NCBI GenBank assembly: GCA_051117555.1
Contig: JBNPEG010000002.1
Coordinates: 1-64,000, forward strand
Length of the DNA stretch: 64,000 bases
Origin: Elainellaceae cyanobacterium
Lineage (GTDB): Bacteria > Cyanobacteriota > Cyanobacteriia > CAZCXK01
Direction of reading: 5' to 3'
In this document: in pieces, positions 59,907 through 64,000 of the stretch
Numbering within the stretch: position 1 is the stretch's first letter
Layout of the letters: each line of letters begins with the position of its first letter
The notes under the pieces: generated by a model
What the model was told of the DNA's origin: nothing
Database searches by the model: none
Seen by the model: the letters and a program-made list of their open reading frames with translations, nothing else
Translations under genes and position numbers: made by a program

Positions 59907-61502
59907 ATGACTCGGTTAGCATCTTTTGTTTTCAACTGCTTGAATCGATCTTGCTTTCGATTCGTTTTTAGCCGCCAGGCTAAATTCCTACTGTCAACGT
60001 TTCTTGCCCTTAGCATGACGATTCAAATTCATCAGATGGCTCAATCAACTCCTAATAAGTCTTCCAGTTCATCCTCTCAATCTGCGCCTCCATCATCGCT
60101 ATTGTTTCAAGACAATTTTGAGAATGGAATTGCTAATGAATGGATCTATGAACGCCCTCGAAACAGCGCCGTTCAGGTCGTGGATGCTCCCGATCGCTCA
60201 GGTCACGCCGTTAAGTTTGACCTGCGCCGCAACGATGGTGAACGCGCCGAAATTCGCCTAGCACGAGAACCTGCGGGTGCTGAGCGCTGGTATGGCTTCA
60301 AAACCTTTTTACCGGATAATTGGCAAGCCGATCGCTCGTTTGAAATGATTGCCCAGTGGCACGGATGGCCTGATCAAGACTTGGGGGAAAGCTGGCGTTC
60401 TCCTCCTTTGTCGCTGATTGTAGAGGGCGATCGCATTAAAATTCACAGTCGCTGGGACCCCAAGCAAATCACGGAGAATAACAATCCAGCCCCGGAAGGC
60501 GGGACAGAAACCGTCTGGCAAGGCGACTATACCAAAGGCGAATGGACGGATTGGGTCTTCCGCGTTGACTGGTCGCACCAATCTGACGGCGTGCTGCAAG
60601 TCTGGAAAGACGGTGAGCAAATTGTCAATCGCAGAGGTGCCAATACCTACAACGATCAGAGCGGCGTTTATTTCAAAACAGGGCTTTATAAACCCCACTG
60701 GAAATACGAGAATTCAGACACGTCAACCACCAATCGTCGGACTCTTTTCATCGACGACGTGCGCGTTGGCAACGGGCAGATGAATCGCGACCAAATTAAT
60801 GGACTGAGCGAAGATCAAGCCCTGATTCCGGCGGGGTCATCGAGTCTGAGTTCTAAAGATTCATCAAATCCGATATCGGCCTCACCCTCTAATCCATCTA
60901 ATTCTGTTTCCCGATCGTCTCCTCTCGCCTCTGTCTCTAGGGCCGAAACAATCGAGTTTGACCACATTCTGTCTCACGGCGGAGAGGCTCAAGATAAGAA
61001 CGTCAAGGTGTCTCGTTCGGATAACAATAAAACTCTCAAGCTATCGGGCAACGGCTGGAAAAAGCTGGCGATCGATTACAATGTAACCCCTGAAACAATG
61101 CTGACGTTTGAGTTTCGCAGTAATTCGGAGGGTGAAATTCACGGGATTGGCTTCGATCGCAATAATCGAGTCACGTCATCCGACGCATCCAAGACATTTA
61201 AGCTCTTAGGCACTCAAGATTGGGGCGTATCTCGGTTTGATGATTATGTGACCGGTTCAGGGTGGAAGCGCTACGAGATTTCGGTTGGAGAATTCTTCAA
61301 GGGCGAGATGCATTTTCTCACGCTAGTCAATGATCAGGATGTGTCTAACCCAACCGCGACCAGCGAATTTAAGAATATTCGCCTGTTTGAATCGTCTGGT
61401 GTGGGGGATGCTGGTGATCAGCAAGCCGATCCATTCCGAGAGCGATCTGATTTAGATCCGAAGATGTTCGCTAGCTTGGCGACTCCTCAAGGACTTTCTT
61501 AG
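59907..61502 (+). CDS. Secreted polysaccharide lyase-family protein with a C-terminal beta-sandwich domain
   Basis: RAEIR, RWYGF..FLP, IAQWH, GEWTDWVFRVDWS...GVLQVWKDG, YFKTGLYK; Ser-rich linker. Confidence 0.78.
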   Translation: MTRLASFVFNCLNRSCFRFVFSRQAKFLLSTFLALSMTIQIHQMAQSTPNKSSSSSSQSAPPSSLLFQDNFENGIANEWIYERPRNSAVQVVDAPDRSGHAVKFDLRRNDGERAEIRLAREPAGAERWYGFKTFLPDNWQADRSFEMIAQWHGWPDQDLGESWRSPPLSLIVEGDRIKIHSRWDPKQITENNNPAPEGGTETVWQGDYTKGEWTDWVFRVDWSHQSDGVLQVWKDGEQIVNRRGANTYNDQSGVYFKTGLYKPHWKYENSDTSTTNRRTLFIDDVRVGNGQMNRDQINGLSEDQALIPAGSSSLSSKDSSNPISASPSNPSNSVSRSSPLASVSRAETIEFDHILSHGGEAQDKNVKVSRSDNNKTLKLSGNGWKKLAIDYNVTPETMLTFEFRSNSEGEIHGIGFDRNNRVTSSDASKTFKLLGTQDWGVSRFDDYVTGSGWKRYEISVGEFFKGEMHFLTLVNDQDVSNPTATSEFKNIRLFESSGVGDAGDQQADPFRERSDLDPKMFASLATPQGLS

Positions 61503-61572
61503 TCCAACTGAAGATTTTCACTGAAGATTTTCGGACGAGCTTGGGATAGCCAACCTTGGCTGTCCCCCGACA

Positions 61573-62601
61573 CTACCATCCGTCGAGGGCATCATTGCCT
61601 GCAAGCCAGTCATCTAGAACTTTGTCGGCTTTTGCCACGTTAAATAAGTGGAGCCCAAAGTCTCTCGATAAATCTTCGCAGACCTTGATGCCTCGAAAGC
61701 TGTTGCCCTTGGCATCTAATGGGGGCGAAAAGGTTCCGATTCCTAATTTCCCGGGCACAACCGCAGTAATGCCGCCGCCTACGCCGCTTTTGGCAGGCAT
61801 TCCGACTCGATAGGTCCATTCTCCTGAATAGTCGTACATGCCGCAGGTGAGCATAACGCTGATGACATCTTGGACATAATGCTCGTCGATCGCCCTCACG
61901 CCCGTTACCGGATTGATGCCGCCGTTGGCAAGGGTAGCAGCCATCATTGCCAAATCACGACCGTTGACCATGATGGAGCACTGCTGGAAGTACAGATCGA
62001 GGGTTTCATCGATGCGATCGCCCACCATCCCAAAATTCAGCATCAGGTATGCGATCGCTCGGTTGCGATTGCCCGTTGCTTTTTCTGATAAAAAGACTGG
62101 CACATTGACATCAAGTTCTCTGCCGGTATAGCGGCAAAACATATCTAGAATGCGCTTCAGGCGATCGGTGGCGCCGCTGCCCTTGATCAGATCGGTCGTG
62201 GCGATCGCCCCAGCATTCACCATCGGGTTATACGGTCGGTTGGTGGCTTCATCTAAGACAATCGCATTAAATGCCTCTCCAGTTGGCTCGACGCTAACCC
62301 TTCTATTTACGGAGTCTCGTCCGTGGTCTTCGAGTGCCAATCCGTACACAAAGGCTTTTGAGATCGATTGAATGGTGAAAAGCTTGTCACAATCACCCAC
62401 CTCAAAGACTTGCCCTCCAGCCGTTACGACGCAAATGCCAAACCAGTCAGGATTCGCCAACGCAAGTTCAGGAATATAATCAGCAACGGCTCCATCACGT
62501 ACCGGTTGATAGGTTTCATGCAACTCACTAAGATATGCGCGAAACGGCGAAGCCACTGCCTGAATCGAACTGGCAAGAGATGCCAAATCGTTATCTGCCA
62601 T
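61573..62601 (-). CDS. glsA: Glutaminase A
   Basis: [42 protein letters not shown]. Confidence 0.96.
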   Translation of the reverse strand: MADNDLASLASSIQAVASPFRAYLSELHETYQPVRDGAVADYIPELALANPDWFGICVVTAGGQVFEVGDCDKLFTIQSISKAFVYGLALEDHGRDSVNRRVSVEPTGEAFNAIVLDEATNRPYNPMVNAGAIATTDLIKGSGATDRLKRILDMFCRYTGRELDVNVPVFLSEKATGNRNRAIAYLMLNFGMVGDRIDETLDLYFQQCSIMVNGRDLAMMAATLANGGINPVTGVRAIDEHYVQDVISVMLTCGMYDYSGEWTYRVGMPAKSGVGGGITAVVPGKLGIGTFSPPLDAKGNSFRGIKVCEDLSRDFGLHLFNVAKADKVLDDWLAGNDALDGW

Positions 62602-62658
62602 AGTGCTTAACTCCGGAGTCCTAGACTCTAACCCTCACTTCGATTTCGAATTAGACGT

Positions 62659-63420
62659 TTATGTATCAGTCAACAACTGTTCAGCAACTTTTTTGAACTC
62701 TTGGCTAACCGGATGATCAGGATATTTCAAGCAAAATACGCCTTCGCTAGCCAACCGTATAATATCTTCTGAAAGCGGGAAAATACCTGCGACGGGAAGA
62801 TGGTAGGCTTCTTCAACCTTTTGCTGAAGCGCTTCACTGTTTAAATCGCTAAGCACCTTATTAAGGACAAGCACCATCCGGCGAACCTTGAGCTGCTTTG
62901 CCACATCGACCGTGACGGCGGTTCCCTGATAGTCTTGCTTATCAGGGCGCAAAATCAGCACCAACACATGAGAAATCGCAATCGATAAGAAGGTCTCTTT
63001 TGATAGGCCAGGATGCGTGTCGATAAACAGGTAATCGAGTTCTAATCCTTTGACAAGCTTTCGAAAACCATCGTTGAGACGCTTAACGTCGTACCCGTCC
63101 TTGAGAATCTTGGCAATGTCGTCTGCTTTTACGCTAGAGGGCACCAGTATCAACGACCCAGTTCCGCTGAGTCCAACGTTACTCGACACGTCGTATGCAG
63201 CTTCCTCGATAGGAATCTCGCCCCATAAAAAATTATTTAAAGTCTTAGTCGCTCGTTCGGGCTCAAGGCTAAAAATGTTGTGAATGCCAGGAGAGGGAAC
63301 ATCAGTATCAACAATTCCAACGCGAAATCCTTGGGTGGCGACCGTGGCCGCTAGATTTGCGGTGAAATTAGATTTTCCGGTACCGCCCCGATATGAATGG
63401 ATTGAGACAACTTTAGGCAT
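62659..63420 (-). CDS. MinD/ParA-like ATPase
   Basis: MPKVVSIHSYRGGTGKSN, DTDVPSPG, IDTHPGL; ATG 63420. Confidence 0.88.
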   Translation of the reverse strand: MPKVVSIHSYRGGTGKSNFTANLAATVATQGFRVGIVDTDVPSPGIHNIFSLEPERATKTLNNFLWGEIPIEEAAYDVSSNVGLSGTGSLILVPSSVKADDIAKILKDGYDVKRLNDGFRKLVKGLELDYLFIDTHPGLSKETFLSIAISHVLVLILRPDKQDYQGTAVTVDVAKQLKVRRMVLVLNKVLSDLNSEALQQKVEEAYHLPVAGIFPLSEDIIRLASEGVFCLKYPDHPVSQEFKKVAEQLLTDT

Positions 63421-63686
63421 GTCTTCGTCAGCCTCATAAAATTCGTAGCAATAAAATTTAGCGTTAGTATATATTGTCTGTGTCAGCTTAGATGCAGGCA
63501 ATTCATGCAACCGTGGCGATCGCACGCTAATCCTGTCACACAAGTATCGTCAGGAGACAGCATCGATTTGCTTGCAGTGTCACTAAATCATTATTCAGCA
63601 TCAAAAAGCGATCGCCTTTTGTAGGATATGTAACAAAAGGCGATCGCATGAGTTAATGATTCAAAATTCGGGCATGCCAGGAAAAT

Positions 63687-64000
63687 TTAGCTGCCTGAGT
63701 CTTTATCGACCTGCTGCATGACTTGAGCAAGGCTAGGTGTTTGAGCCTCGGTCACCTCTTGAGGCTCAGCCTTAGACGTTTGCAGCATCGCCGTTCGCGT
63801 GACTGAGCCATTGGCAAGGCTAAATAATGGATTTGACAGAATTCCCGCTAGAGACGTGGTGACCAACGTGAAGACAATACCGACCTGAATTGGGCGCATA
63901 CCCGGCAGACTCCAACGGATTTCAGGATAATTTCGGATTGAATCCGACATCTCATCAGGTTCTTTGACCACCATCATTTTCACCACTCGAATGTAGTAAT
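63687..64000 (-). CDS. ndhB: NDH-1 subunit 2 (NdhB), 3' end; gene starts beyond the window
   Basis: YYIRVVKMMVVKEP..MS...YP...PGMRP...LAGILSNPLF. Confidence 0.9.
   Translation of the reverse strand, partial: YYIRVVKMMVVKEPDEMSDSIRNYPEIRWSLPGMRPIQVGIVFTLVTTSLAGILSNPLFSLANGSVTRTAMLQTSKAEPQEVTEAQTPSLAQVMQQVDKDSGS

Overview
Chromosomal window of a cyanobacterium: HIP1 GCGATCGC is dense throughout and photosynthesis genes are present (ocp-frp, petP, chlG, a ChlH/BchH paralogue, the 3' end of ndhB). Most of it is housekeeping: ndbB-like NDH-2, menG, grpE-dnaK-dnaJ-tusA-rsgA, pilB-pilT-pilC, mutY, PBP1A, cbiT, cdsA, mfd, argG, phoX and glsA. The most striking accessory locus is at 37987-41145. An EACC1-like gene is followed by a caspase-TM-GUN4 gene whose last codons contain a 73-nt stretch with no adenine (40200-40272) between the GHLP and SSLASR motifs. 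Then come a DNA hairpin and a convergent stand-alone HUH/Y1 (RAYT-like) nuclease carrying a clamp-binding-like motif. I propose this as a candidate sequence-diversifying system; no reverse transcriptase or template repeat is visible in the window. Other notable items are a REP-derived array translated in frame inside the ChlH paralogue, two copies of a MITE inserted at HIP1 with 8-bp target duplications, an NsiR1-like sRNA with a DIF1-type promoter, an AT-rich CHAT-nuclease/ParA/ParB-HhH operon, a decayed second RAYT and a deleted HEPN toxin. All calls come from reading motifs by eye; no searches were run.
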